From Clostridia bacterium (lineage in GTDB: Bacteria; Bacillota; Clostridia; Christensenellales; Borkfalkiaceae): a stretch of DNA of 64,000 bases. The notes under the pieces are model-generated. The model had not been told where the DNA came from. It was given only the letters and a program-made list of their open reading frames with translations, and made no database searches. The position numbers and the translations under genes are program-made. The stretch spans positions 26,897 to 90,896 of the forward strand of contig JAIDCJ010000019.1 of NCBI GenBank assembly GCA_029055875.1, in the 5' to 3' direction. This document shows positions 17,563-27,383 of the stretch, piece by piece (within the stretch, counting starts at the first letter, position 1; each line of letters starts with the position of its first letter).

Positions 17563-19536
17563 TTATCTTTTACGGTTTGCCGCCGTTGAGTCTTTTTTGG
17601 ATGCCGTCACTTTCGGCGTTTTTTCTTTTTCAGGCTCTAACACAAGATACATGCAAGAGAGCTTGGGCATCGATACGGGGAGTGAATAAGGTTTTCCGTG
17701 CGTAGGCGTTTTGACCGCAGAAATCGTTTTCTTAGTGAATTTCCCCTCTCCGCCGTATTTGATATCGTCCGTGTTAAAGACGACTTTATATTTTCCCTTT
17801 TGGTTGACGCCAAGCATATAATCGGTCATATCCGTACCGGCGAAGCAGACGAGCGCAATAACCTCGTTACCTGCCTTGTCGCGGCGGATAAAGGAAACGA
17901 TATTACGGTCGGCATCATCCGGTGCAAGCCATTCAAAGCCGTCCCAGGAATCTTCGATTTCATAGAGCGCGGGCGTATTTTTATAATATTCGTTGAGCGC
18001 TTTTACCATGACGGAAAGTTTCCCGTGCAGCTCGTAACTGTCGCGCAGGAAAAATTCCAGACCTTCGCTATAATTCCATTCCTTGAACTGCCCGAATTCG
18101 TAACCCATGAAATTGAGCTTCTTTCCGGGGTGCGCCATCATAAATCCGAGGAACGCGCGCACGCCTGCAAACTTCTCTTCATAGGTGCCGGGCATTTTGT
18201 TGATAAGCGAGCATTTTCCGTGCACCACCTCGTCGTGCGAAATCGGTAATACGTAATTTTCGGAGAATGCGTACATCATAGCAAACGTGAGTTTGTTGTG
18301 GTTATTCATTCTGAAATACGGATTGAGCGAAACGTACGAAAGAATATCGTTCATCCAGCCCATATTCCATTTGAAGTTAAATCCAAGTCCGCCGACCGAA
18401 CCGGGCTTTGTCACGAGCCCCCAGGCGGTAGATTCTTCCGCAATCATGAGTGCGTGCGGGAAGCGCAGGAAAACCGCCTCGTTGAGCTTTCTGAGGAATG
18501 CGATAGCCTCTAAGTTTTTGTTTTCGCCGTAGATATTAGGAACCCATTCTCCGGGGCGTTTATCGTAATCGAGGTAAAGCATGGAAGCAACTGCGTCCAC
18601 TCTCAAACCGTCGATATGGAATTTCTCAAAGAAGAAGCATGCACTCGATATAAGGAACGAGAGTACTTCGTTTCTTCCGTAGTCGAAACGGCGCGTACCC
18701 CAGCTCTTATGCTCCATTCTATCCCATTGGCTGTTTTCATAGAGCGGCTGGCCGTCGAACTCATAAAGTCCGTGCGCGTCTTTGGGGAAATGTGCAGGCA
18801 CCCAATCGACGATAACTCCGATTCCCGCCTTATGGAACTCGTCCACAAGATACATAAAATCGAGCGGCGTACCCATACGCGATGTAACGGCAAAGTACCC
18901 CGTTACCTGATACCCCCAGGAACCCTCGAACGGAAATTCCGTAATCGGCATAAATTCGACGTGCGTATAGCCCATCTCCTTTACGTAGGGAACAAGCTCT
19001 TTTGCAAGGTCGCGGTAAGAAAGAAAGTTTCCGTCCTCGTGGCGTTTCCAAGAAAGAAGATTTACCTCATAGGTATTCATAGGCGAAGTAAAAATGTTCT
19101 GCCCGTAATGCTGTTTCTGATATTCGCTGTCGTGCCATTTATAGCCCTCTAAGTCGTAGAGCTTGGACGCTGTTTCGGGAGCGGTTTCTGCGTGGAATGC
19201 CACAGGGTCGGCTTTCAGAATTTGTTTGCCGTCCTGCGTGGTTATACAGTATTTGTAATTGTCATACTGTTTCAATCCGGGAATAAACAATTCAAAACAC
19301 TCACCGTCTACCATGCGGTGCATGACATGCGTTTCAGCATTCCATTCGTTGAAATCACCAACAACGGAAACACGCTGCGCGTGCGGTGCCCAAACGCGGA
19401 ACGTGAAACCCTCTTCGCCGCTTTGCATATCTTTATGTGCGCCGAAGATTTCATAAATCCGATCGTTCTTGCCGTGGTGAAATAAATACAGCGGAAAGTC
19501 CGTATCCCGTTGAACTTGCGTTGTTTTTTTCTGCAT
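17563..19536 (-). CDS. glgB: 1,4-alpha-glucan branching enzyme
   Basis: CBM48 plus GH13 domains (DWVPAHF, GLRVDAVASM, AEEST). AAGGAG RBS. Confidence 0.9.
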   Translation of the reverse strand: MQKKTTQVQRDTDFPLYLFHHGKNDRIYEIFGAHKDMQSGEEGFTFRVWAPHAQRVSVVGDFNEWNAETHVMHRMVDGECFELFIPGLKQYDNYKYCITTQDGKQILKADPVAFHAETAPETASKLYDLEGYKWHDSEYQKQHYGQNIFTSPMNTYEVNLLSWKRHEDGNFLSYRDLAKELVPYVKEMGYTHVEFMPITEFPFEGSWGYQVTGYFAVTSRMGTPLDFMYLVDEFHKAGIGVIVDWVPAHFPKDAHGLYEFDGQPLYENSQWDRMEHKSWGTRRFDYGRNEVLSFLISSACFFFEKFHIDGLRVDAVASMLYLDYDKRPGEWVPNIYGENKNLEAIAFLRKLNEAVFLRFPHALMIAEESTAWGLVTKPGSVGGLGFNFKWNMGWMNDILSYVSLNPYFRMNNHNKLTFAMMYAFSENYVLPISHDEVVHGKCSLINKMPGTYEEKFAGVRAFLGFMMAHPGKKLNFMGYEFGQFKEWNYSEGLEFFLRDSYELHGKLSVMVKALNEYYKNTPALYEIEDSWDGFEWLAPDDADRNIVSFIRRDKAGNEVIALVCFAGTDMTDYMLGVNQKGKYKVVFNTDDIKYGGEGKFTKKTISAVKTPTHGKPYSLPVSMPKLSCMYLVLEPEKEKTPKVTASKKDSTAANRKR

Positions 19537-19729
19537 GGTATCTCCTTAATTCTCTGTGTTATTCCCCTGTTTTTTTAAGTTATAAACATACGTACCCTAA
19601 TCATAAAAATTATACTACATCTTGTGGTTTTTTTCAAGACTAATTTCCATTTTTTCCAAAATATTTTTTCGTGAAAAAAAGTACCGTTCTCCCATCTCGA
19701 AACGATACTTTTTTTCATACAATTAATAT

Positions 19730-19751
19730 AAAACGGCTTTTCAGCCGTTTT
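19730..19751 (-). terminator. intrinsic terminator after murC
   Basis: Stem AAAACGGCT/AGCCGTTTT with a 4 nt loop, touching the murC stop. A T-rich tract follows on the - strand. Confidence 0.6.
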
Positions 19752-21061
19752 TAGTCGCAAATGCTTTTCGCTATATCATAGATATCGCCCGCACCGAGGA
19801 CGAGTACTAAATCCCCCGCTTCAACTTCCTGTTCGAGTCGAACTCTCAGATCCTCGGGTGATTGAACGTACGAGGCCTCCGGCAACCGGCTGACAAGCGC
19901 AACAGCACTTCCCTTAAAATCAAATTTTTCACGTGCGGCGTAGGTTTTATAGATGAGCGGATTTTCCGCCTTTTTCAGCACGGATACAAACTCTGACATT
20001 AAATCACGCGTCCGTGTGAAGGTATGCGGCTGAAATACGAGCCGAACGGTGCCGCGGCACAGCCTCTGTGCACTCGAAAAACTTGCAAGAATTTCACGCG
20101 GATGATGTGCGTAATCGCAGATCATGGGAACACCGTGAATGTACCCTACTTCCTCAAACCGACGTTTTACACCGTGGAAATTTTCCAGCCCGCATTTAAT
20201 TTCACTAGGTGTAAAGCCCGCAAGCCGTGCTGCGGCAAAAGCCGCAAGCGCGTTGCAGATTTGGTATTTGCCCACGGTTTTAAGAGAAATTCTTTCGACG
20301 GGAATTCCGTGTTCGGTAACGGTAAACGTGTATTTCTCTCCCTCGGATTGCAGGTTTTCCGCTTGAATGTCACCCGCGTGGAGTCCAAAGCTCAATGCGT
20401 GCGTAAAATTACGGGCATGGATATCGTCCGCATTCACAACCACCTTTTGAGCATGATTTGCAAACAAACGATATGCTTCCACAAGCTCCGCCTCGGAAGC
20501 ATAGCAATCGGTATGATCTCTATCGGTATTGAGAATCACCGCAATTTCGCTGTTAAGCGATAAAAAACTGCGGCGGAATTCACACGCCTCGGTAATAAAG
20601 TATTCACCGCCCGTAGAATAGTAATTGCCAAAATCAAGGTCTTCTCCACCGATATGACAGGCGAATGCACGGTTGCCGCTTGCAAATATGTGCGAAAGCA
20701 TTGAAGTGGTTGAGGTTTTCCCGTGACAGCCCGCTACGGAAATGGTATGTGGATATTCCTCCGCCACCATTCCGAGAAGTTCCGCACGCGACAAAAGACG
20801 TTTTCCCGCCTCCCGCGCTGCTTTAAGCTGTTTCTGGTTTTCCTCGATTGCGCCCGTATAAACCACGTTATCCGCGTAAATATAGCCGTTATCTCCGATT
20901 GAAACGGGAATCCCGAGCGATACAAGTTTTTGGGTAAAGCTGCTTTCCACAGCGTCGCTGCCGCTTACGTTCGCGCCGCGGCTATGCAAAAGCTGTGCGA
21001 GCGCACTCATACTCACACCGCCGATTCCAATGAAATACCAGCTCTGTTTGTTCGAGAACAT
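19751..21061 (-). CDS. murC: UDP-N-acetylmuramate--L-alanine ligase
   Basis: GIGGVSMSALA Rossmann loop and GCHGKTSTTSM P-loop. Confidence 0.9.
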   Translation of the reverse strand: MFSNKQSWYFIGIGGVSMSALAQLLHSRGANVSGSDAVESSFTQKLVSLGIPVSIGDNGYIYADNVVYTGAIEENQKQLKAAREAGKRLLSRAELLGMVAEEYPHTISVAGCHGKTSTTSMLSHIFASGNRAFACHIGGEDLDFGNYYSTGGEYFITEACEFRRSFLSLNSEIAVILNTDRDHTDCYASEAELVEAYRLFANHAQKVVVNADDIHARNFTHALSFGLHAGDIQAENLQSEGEKYTFTVTEHGIPVERISLKTVGKYQICNALAAFAAARLAGFTPSEIKCGLENFHGVKRRFEEVGYIHGVPMICDYAHHPREILASFSSAQRLCRGTVRLVFQPHTFTRTRDLMSEFVSVLKKAENPLIYKTYAAREKFDFKGSAVALVSRLPEASYVQSPEDLRVRLEQEVEAGDLVLVLGAGDIYDIAKSICD

Positions 21062-21102
21062 ATCTCATACTACGCATACCCGAAAAAATTTGTTACATGA
21101 AA

Positions 21103-21130
21103 AAAACGCGCCCATTAAGACGCGTTTTTT
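21103..21130 (-). terminator. intrinsic terminator after csp
   Basis: AACGCG..CGCGTT stem flanked by an A-run and a T-run, 18 nt below the csp stop. Confidence 0.6.
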
Positions 21131-21147
21131 GTTTGCCGATTAGCCTA

Positions 21148-21360
21148 TTAGGAAACGGGCACGACGTTAACGGCACGAAGTTTGCCGCTGTCTTTCGGAT
21201 CGGGTTCCGTTTCAAACGTGACTTTCTGTCCTTCTTTCAAAGTGCGGAAGCCCTCCGTCTGAATTGCGGAGAAATGCACGAAAATGTCATCGCCACCCTC
21301 GTCGTTGGAAATAAATCCGTAGCCCTTTCCATCATTGAACCACTTAACGGTTCCGTTCAT
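21148..21360 (-). CDS. cold-shock protein (CspA family)
   Basis: [17 protein letters not shown] and VFVHFSAI RNP motifs. Long 5' UTR at 21361-21480. Confidence 0.95.
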   Translation of the reverse strand: MNGTVKWFNDGKGYGFISNDEGGDDIFVHFSAIQTEGFRTLKEGQKVTFETEPDPKDSGKLRAVNVVPVS

Positions 21361-21481
21361 AAAGTTACCTCCTATGGCGCTGACCGAAACGCAATGCTTG
21401 CGTGAATCGACTCTATTTACACCGTTTCTTATTATAGCAAGTCAAAGAGAGCTTGTCAATATCTTCCGTAAAAAAATTTGT

Positions 21482-23293
21482 TTACTTTTGTAAATATTTT
21501 TCAAGCAGCTTTGCGGAGTCCGCCATAAATGCCCCGGACTCTTCGGGCGTGAGCTGACGGTAGTTCATAAGCGCAAGATAATAGATATGCTCGATAGCTG
21601 TTTTGCGTGCTTCTTCATCCGCTGCAGAAAGTGCGAGTACCGCAGGATTTGCAGTATTTACAATTAAAGTGATATCTGCGGCAGATTCACCCATTTGATA
21701 GAAGCTGTTCATTTCGAACATTCTGCGCATAAACTCTGAAACGTTGATTACTGCGGGAACGGTTGCATCTTTGAGTTTTTCCGTCTTTACAGTCACTTTT
21801 TTCTCTTCGAGCACGGCCTTGAAAAGTTCTTCGATTTCTTTGTTTTCTCCGCTTTCCTCTTTGAGTGCACCCGCTACGTCAGCGTCAATGCGCATAAACC
21901 GTACGCGTTTCGGGTTTTTATATTCGATATAGCTGATAAAATGCGGGTCGATATAGGTATCGCAAACGAGTGCATCCAAGCCTGCATCCTTGAACATTTT
22001 AATATATTGCGCCTGTTTGTTTTCGTCCGAAACGTAATAAACGGCCTTGGGCTCTTTGCCCGCTTTCGCATCCTCTTCACTGATTTCTTCGCCTAAGCAG
22101 CTTTCAATAGGCACGTATTCCCTGCTCAGATTTTTGAAGATAAGAATATCTTTGACTTTTTGATAGAAATCGTCGTCCTTGATACAACCGAATTTTACGA
22201 AAGTTGCAAGGTCCTTCCAGCAAGATTCATACTTTTCTTTATCTTTTTTATAGAGCTCGATAAGTTTATCCGCTACCTTTTTTGTAATATGTTTTGCGAT
22301 TTTTTGGACTTGACGGTCGTTTTGCAGGAAAGAACGTGATACGTTGAGCGGAATTTCGGGACAGTCAATGACTCCGTTCAACAACATCAAAAATTCGGGG
22401 ATAACCTCTTTGATATTATCCGCAATGTATACCTGATTGCAATAGAGCTTTACCTGCCCGCGCTCTAATTCCACTTGTTTTCTTACTTTCGGGAAATAGA
22501 GAATTCCTTTGAGATTAAAGGGATACTCCATATTGAGGTGAATCCAAAAGAGCGGTTCGTTATAGTCCGCGAACGTTTCACGGTAGAAATTCTTGTATTC
22601 TTCTTCCGTGCAGTCTTTGGGTTGTTTGAGATAGAGCGGGTGAGTCGTGTTGACGGGTTTTTCGTCGTCTTTTCCCTTGGGATTCAGATAAATGTCATAC
22701 GGCATGAATGCACAATATTTGTTCAGAAGCTGACGGATGGCGCTTTCTTTTAAGAATTCCTTCTCGTCCGCTGCAACGTGCATAACGATTTTTGTACCGC
22801 GCGTTGCTTTGTCACAGTCGCCAATTGTATAGGTGCTGTTTCCGTCTGAAGCCCAATGCACGCTCTTCGCATCTTTCTTGTAAGATTTTGTGAAGATTTC
22901 GATATTTTCCGAAACCATATATGCGGAATAAAAACCGAGGCCGAAGTGTCCGATAATGCCCTCTCCGCCCGCTTTTTCGTATTTCGATACAAAATCTGCC
23001 GCGCCGGAGAAAGCGATTTGTGTAATGTACGCTTCCACCTCTTCTTCCGTCATGCCGATTCCGTTATCTTCTACGGTAAGCGTTTTTGCTTTTTCGTCCG
23101 TCGTTACCGTAATTTTATAAGGTTCCTTGTTTTTTGCTTCACCGAGTTCGACGAGCTTTTGGAGTTTTGTGATTGCATCCGACGCGTTTGCGACGATCTC
23201 TCGGAGAAAAATATCCTTTTCCGAATAAAGCCATTTTTTAATAATTGGCATCATGTTTTCACTTGAAATTTTAATATTACCTTGTTTTTCCAT
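21482..23293 (-). CDS. htpG: molecular chaperone HtpG (Hsp90)
   Basis: GHKL ATPase N-domain (REIVANASDA, DNGIGM, GHFGLGFYS). AAGGAG RBS. Confidence 0.95.
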   Translation of the reverse strand: MEKQGNIKISSENMMPIIKKWLYSEKDIFLREIVANASDAITKLQKLVELGEAKNKEPYKITVTTDEKAKTLTVEDNGIGMTEEEVEAYITQIAFSGAADFVSKYEKAGGEGIIGHFGLGFYSAYMVSENIEIFTKSYKKDAKSVHWASDGNSTYTIGDCDKATRGTKIVMHVAADEKEFLKESAIRQLLNKYCAFMPYDIYLNPKGKDDEKPVNTTHPLYLKQPKDCTEEEYKNFYRETFADYNEPLFWIHLNMEYPFNLKGILYFPKVRKQVELERGQVKLYCNQVYIADNIKEVIPEFLMLLNGVIDCPEIPLNVSRSFLQNDRQVQKIAKHITKKVADKLIELYKKDKEKYESCWKDLATFVKFGCIKDDDFYQKVKDILIFKNLSREYVPIESCLGEEISEEDAKAGKEPKAVYYVSDENKQAQYIKMFKDAGLDALVCDTYIDPHFISYIEYKNPKRVRFMRIDADVAGALKEESGENKEIEELFKAVLEEKKVTVKTEKLKDATVPAVINVSEFMRRMFEMNSFYQMGESAADITLIVNTANPAVLALSAADEEARKTAIEHIYYLALMNYRQLTPEESGAFMADSAKLLEKYLQK

Positions 23294-23334
23294 GCTAAGT
23301 ATCTCCTTGCAATTTTGTTCTTAATTTATATAAA

Positions 23335-23362
23335 CAAAAAAATCCGCCGTTAAGCGGATTTT
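23335..23362 (-). terminator. intrinsic terminator after ispH/S1
   Basis: Stem ATCCGC/GCGGAT (23342-23347 / 23354-23359) followed by a T-run on the - strand. Confidence 0.7.
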
Positions 23363-23379
23363 TCTAATTTGTTTTTGAT

Positions 23380-25512
23380 TTATTTCTCTTCGTCAGATCC
23401 GAGGAGCTCGGAGATAGAAGCGCCCTCAAAGCTCTCGCTCCAACCACTGTACTCTTCATCTTCCGAGTAGTTATTACGGTTGTTGCGCTTGCTCTTCTTC
23501 TGGCGGGGAGCTTTTGCATTATCGTCACGCTCACGGGGATACTCCACTTCGGGAGCGGGCTGTAACGCCTTAATGGAAAGCGTAATTTTGTGTTCTTCAG
23601 GATTGAATGCAAGGATTTGCGCGTCGATTTCTTCGCCGATGCTCAAAACGGAGGTGGGATTTTCCAACCATTCGTGAGAAATTTGTGAAACGTGAACAAG
23701 ACCGTCGATTCCCTTTTCAAGCTCTACGAATGCACCGAAAGGAACGATACGAACGACTTTACCGTGTACAACGTCGCCTTCCGCATATTTTTCAGCTGCC
23801 AAATCCCAAGGCTGGGGTTGAAGCTGTTTATAACCGATGGAAACTTTTTTGGTTTCGCGGTCAACCTTTAATACCTGGAACTGATAACGCTTACCAATTT
23901 CAAGAACTTCTTTCACGTCCTTCACACCCGTCCAGGAAAGGTCGGAAATGTGAGCCAAGCAATCAAATCCGTTTACGGAAACGAATGCGCCGAAAGTGGT
24001 GATACGCTCCACCTTACCCTCTACAATATCGCCGACGTGAATGGAATCGAAGAAAGCCGCTTCTTTTTCCGCCTTTGCAGCTTCGCGTTCTTCACGCTCT
24101 GCTTCCAAAATTACACGCTGGGAAGCGATAATTTCTTTTCTGCGTTCCTTACGGATTTCGATGAGTTTCAAACGAAGCTTTTTGCCCGTATATTTTTCAA
24201 GGTCTTTTACGAAGCCCGGACGAATTTCTCTTGCGGGAACGAAAACGGGGTACGTACCAAGTTCAGCCGTAAGGCCGCCCTTGTTGAAGCCCGTGCAGAC
24301 AACGGTGAATTCCGCGCCTGCCTCTACGTCCTTCAAAAGAGCTTCCTCTTCTTTAATTTTCTTTACTTTCTTCTCGGAGAGTTTTACCTTGGGAGCGGTC
24401 TCGATAACCATGACGTCGATATCCGAACCGATTTTCTCCGCATACGCCTCGCGGCTGTACTCTTCGCAGTCGAGCTCGGCTTTATCGATTAAGATTTCGC
24501 CCTTGCCCGAAACGGAAACGTAAATTCCCTCATCCCTTGCGGAAACAATATTTACGTTGAGAATCTGACCCTTGCGGTAACGGGTTTCGCGATCGATTCC
24601 CTCAACGATCTCTGCCATCGTGGTAGCTTCCGCTTGCTGCGCTTCTTCAGCAACGACCTCCGTTGCCTTCTGTACTTCCGCATTGTTTTTTGCCATCTTA
24701 AAAAGAACCTCCTGAGTCTGCCAATCGGGCGTACTTGCCCCCGCTATGACACCGACTCTTTTAAAAAATTGAATTTTTTCATATTTGAAATCGTCTGCGT
24801 TATTCAAGCGAATGACGTGCCCGCAATACGAAGACGCAATTTCACAAAGTTTTCTTGTGTTGCTGCTATTTGAGCCGCCGAGCACCAAAACGGCATCGCA
24901 ATTTTTTGCGATTTGCTCGGCTTCTTTTTGCCTACGCACAGTAGTATAACAAATTGTACGAAAAATCTCAACTGATTTTGGATATACTTTTTGAATATTT
25001 TCTGCAATTTTCAAAAATCTTTGTTCCGAAAAGGTTGTCTGCGCAACAAAAACAACCTCTTTGCCGCGCAAGATTTCAAAATTATCGTCTTCGGAAGAAA
25101 AAACGAACGCTTCGCTTGTGCACCAGCCGATAAGCCCTTTTACCTCGGGATGCTCTTCGTGTCCTGTAATCGCAATCGTTTTGCCCTTTGCACTCTCCGT
25201 TTTCACAATTTCCTGCGTTTTTTTGACAAACGAGCAAGTACAGTCGATAACCTCTATTCCGTGCTCTGCGCAGTATTCGTATACGTTTTTCCCCACGCCG
25301 TGGGAGCGAATAATAAGGTGCGCGCCGTCCGGCACTTCCTGTAAGGATTCCACTTTTACGATTCCGCGCTCGGCAATTCTTTTTACAACGTCCTCGTTAT
25401 GAATTAAATCTCCAAGCACGAAGGTGTTGTCAGGCGAAATCTGAATTGCCGTATCAACGGCTTTCTTCACCCCGACGCAAAATCCGTCGTTCTTCGCTAC
25501 GATGACTTGCAT
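23380..25512 (-). CDS. ispH: bifunctional IspH (LytB) / ribosomal protein S1-like (four S1 domains)
   Basis: The N-terminal ~285 aa is IspH-like (three Cys, HNEDVV). The C-terminus carries repeated S1 OB folds (GxVxxIxxFGAFV). Confidence 0.9.
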   Translation of the reverse strand: MQVIVAKNDGFCVGVKKAVDTAIQISPDNTFVLGDLIHNEDVVKRIAERGIVKVESLQEVPDGAHLIIRSHGVGKNVYEYCAEHGIEVIDCTCSFVKKTQEIVKTESAKGKTIAITGHEEHPEVKGLIGWCTSEAFVFSSEDDNFEILRGKEVVFVAQTTFSEQRFLKIAENIQKVYPKSVEIFRTICYTTVRRQKEAEQIAKNCDAVLVLGGSNSSNTRKLCEIASSYCGHVIRLNNADDFKYEKIQFFKRVGVIAGASTPDWQTQEVLFKMAKNNAEVQKATEVVAEEAQQAEATTMAEIVEGIDRETRYRKGQILNVNIVSARDEGIYVSVSGKGEILIDKAELDCEEYSREAYAEKIGSDIDVMVIETAPKVKLSEKKVKKIKEEEALLKDVEAGAEFTVVCTGFNKGGLTAELGTYPVFVPAREIRPGFVKDLEKYTGKKLRLKLIEIRKERRKEIIASQRVILEAEREEREAAKAEKEAAFFDSIHVGDIVEGKVERITTFGAFVSVNGFDCLAHISDLSWTGVKDVKEVLEIGKRYQFQVLKVDRETKKVSIGYKQLQPQPWDLAAEKYAEGDVVHGKVVRIVPFGAFVELEKGIDGLVHVSQISHEWLENPTSVLSIGEEIDAQILAFNPEEHKITLSIKALQPAPEVEYPRERDDNAKAPRQKKSKRNNRNNYSEDEEYSGWSESFEGASISELLGSDEEK

Positions 25513-26279
25513 TCCGATTTCCCTTTCTTCTTTTTGGAAGCGAGCATGGCACGGTGCCGTGCACGAATATCGTACATGATATTTTTAAGCTTTTCGTCCG
25601 CCTCGGCATAATCGTCGGGAGTAAGCTTTCGATCGTAATATTCGCTGAGCTCTACCGGCTCTCCGTAAACGACGTGCGTTCTGCGGAACAAACGCGGACG
25701 GTTGCAAATAACGACTGGAATAATGGGTGTCTTTGTTTTGATTGCGAGCATTGCCGCACCGCCGTGGAACGGAAGAAACTCTTCGTCGGACACTTTATTC
25801 CGCGTCCCTTCGGGATACATTGCAATTTTTTCGCCGTTCTTTAATATCTTCATGGCGTCAATCATCAGACGCACGTCCGAGCCGTCGCGCATCGCACCAA
25901 GCGTTCCCCATTTTCGCCCCAGATAACCGAGCACGGGAGCCTCTAAAATAGATTGCTTTGCAATAAAGTGAATCCCTTCACGCGTAGCATATTTGGGGAA
26001 AAAGATATCAAAATCGCTGTAATGATTGCCGACGAAAATATAGGCGCCGACCCCTACTTTCTTGTTGCCGTACCGCTTGTAAGGGTAAAGAAAAGCATGA
26101 AACGGATGAAGAATGCTCGCAACAAAATTCTGGCTCCTTATCATGTGGCGGCCCTTTTTATCTGCCGGAAAAAGAAGTCGCTTTTGTTTCTCCCACTTTT
26201 TCAGTTTTTTTTCACGCTTTTTATGTTTCTTCAGCTCTTTCTTCTGAGCTTTTGCGTTCTCCTGGCCACTCTCGGACAT
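25497..26279 (-). CDS. plsC: 1-acyl-sn-glycerol-3-phosphate acyltransferase
   Basis: NHYSDFD (HX4D) and YPEGTR motifs, with a Lys-rich N-terminus. Confidence 0.8.
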   Translation of the reverse strand: MSESGQENAKAQKKELKKHKKREKKLKKWEKQKRLLFPADKKGRHMIRSQNFVASILHPFHAFLYPYKRYGNKKVGVGAYIFVGNHYSDFDIFFPKYATREGIHFIAKQSILEAPVLGYLGRKWGTLGAMRDGSDVRLMIDAMKILKNGEKIAMYPEGTRNKVSDEEFLPFHGGAAMLAIKTKTPIIPVVICNRPRLFRRTHVVYGEPVELSEYYDRKLTPDDYAEADEKLKNIMYDIRARHRAMLASKKKKGKSECKSS

Positions 26280-27286
26280 TAAATTTTCTCCTGCAACTTT
26301 CTTTTTATCAGCGCAACCACTTCGTCAATCGTCATATCGGAAGAATCTATTAATACGGCGTCGTCCGCTTGTTTGAGGGGTGACATTTCACGCGAGGAAT
26401 CCTGTTTATCGCGTAGAATAATTTCCTCTTTCAGTTGCTCGAAGTTTACGGAAAAGCCCTTTGCCGTAAGCTCATCGTATCTTCTCTTTGCGCGAACTTC
26501 GGGGCTTGCAGTCAAATAGAACTTAAATTGAGCATCGGGCAGCACGCAGGTTCCAATATCCCGCCCATCAAGAACGCAAGACATTTTACTGGCAATTTCG
26601 CGCTGCTTTTCTACCATTTTCTTGCGCACACACGGAAACTTTGATACGGTGGAAGCCGCCATAGAAACGTGCGGCTCCCGAATCTTTTCTGAAACGTCTT
26701 CACCGTCTAAAATAGTTTTCTGCATGCCGTTCTCGTATTCTATGTTCAAATCAAGCGTACGCATCAAATCACATATTTTAGACTCGTCTTCTACGTCAAT
26801 TGCCGCATGAAGCACTTTTAATGCGCAAGCGCGGTACATAGCACCGGTATCCAAATAAAGAATGTCGTAATCCTTGGCAAGTTGCTTTGCAACCGTAGAT
26901 TTTCCGCTTCCGGAAGGCCCATCAAGCGCAATATTCATTCTTTGTGTAATGTCCTTTCTCAAATTTTTTGCACCGCGTAAATAAACAGGAACTGTCTTTA
27001 TGTTCCGCTCTACAAACAGCATGACACGGATACAAAGTTTTAAGCTGCCTTCAATTTCAGGCTCCATTGCGGAGAATAACGAACTCCCTTCAAAGCCTGC
27101 CTCCCGCGCCGCTTTGGCAGGATAGTAGGAATGGATATCCGAGGTGCTTGAAAAAACGATGCTCAATATTTCGTCGCGTTTAAGATGATTGCAGCTAACA
27201 ATCTGATCAAGCAGCTCCTTTACCGCGCTTTGAATCTCTTCTTTCGTATCCTGTTTAATCGTCGTAGCACCGCGAATTACCGTCAT
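26279..27286 (-). CDS. cmk: fusion of AroH-type chorismate mutase (N) and cytidylate kinase (C)
   Basis: - Residues 1 to ~118 align from memory to B. subtilis AroH (IRGATT, YPAKAAREAG, LCIRVML).
- Residues from ~125 are Cmk (IALDGPSGSGKSTVAK). Confidence 0.85.
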   Translation of the reverse strand: MTVIRGATTIKQDTKEEIQSAVKELLDQIVSCNHLKRDEILSIVFSSTSDIHSYYPAKAAREAGFEGSSLFSAMEPEIEGSLKLCIRVMLFVERNIKTVPVYLRGAKNLRKDITQRMNIALDGPSGSGKSTVAKQLAKDYDILYLDTGAMYRACALKVLHAAIDVEDESKICDLMRTLDLNIEYENGMQKTILDGEDVSEKIREPHVSMAASTVSKFPCVRKKMVEKQREIASKMSCVLDGRDIGTCVLPDAQFKFYLTASPEVRAKRRYDELTAKGFSVNFEQLKEEIILRDKQDSSREMSPLKQADDAVLIDSSDMTIDEVVALIKRKLQEKI

Positions 27287-27309
27287 ATGTTATCTCCCTT
27301 TTTCTCACA

Positions 27310-27338
27310 ATTATAGTGTTTTAATGCGAATCTGTCAA
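27310..27338 (-). promoter_or_regulatory. consensus promoter TTGACA-17-TATAAT for aroH-cmk
   Basis: -10 at 27310-27315 and -35 at 27333-27338 on the - strand. A GGGAG RBS follows. Confidence 0.65.
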
Positions 27339-27383
27339 ATATATATTTCTAAACACAAATACTATGTGTGACATATTACTGTG

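Noticed and set aside
23380-25512. IspH-S1 fusion as a novelty.
   Set aside because: This bifunctional architecture, and its cmk-plsC neighbourhood, is a known and widespread feature of Clostridia. It is reported as a feature only.
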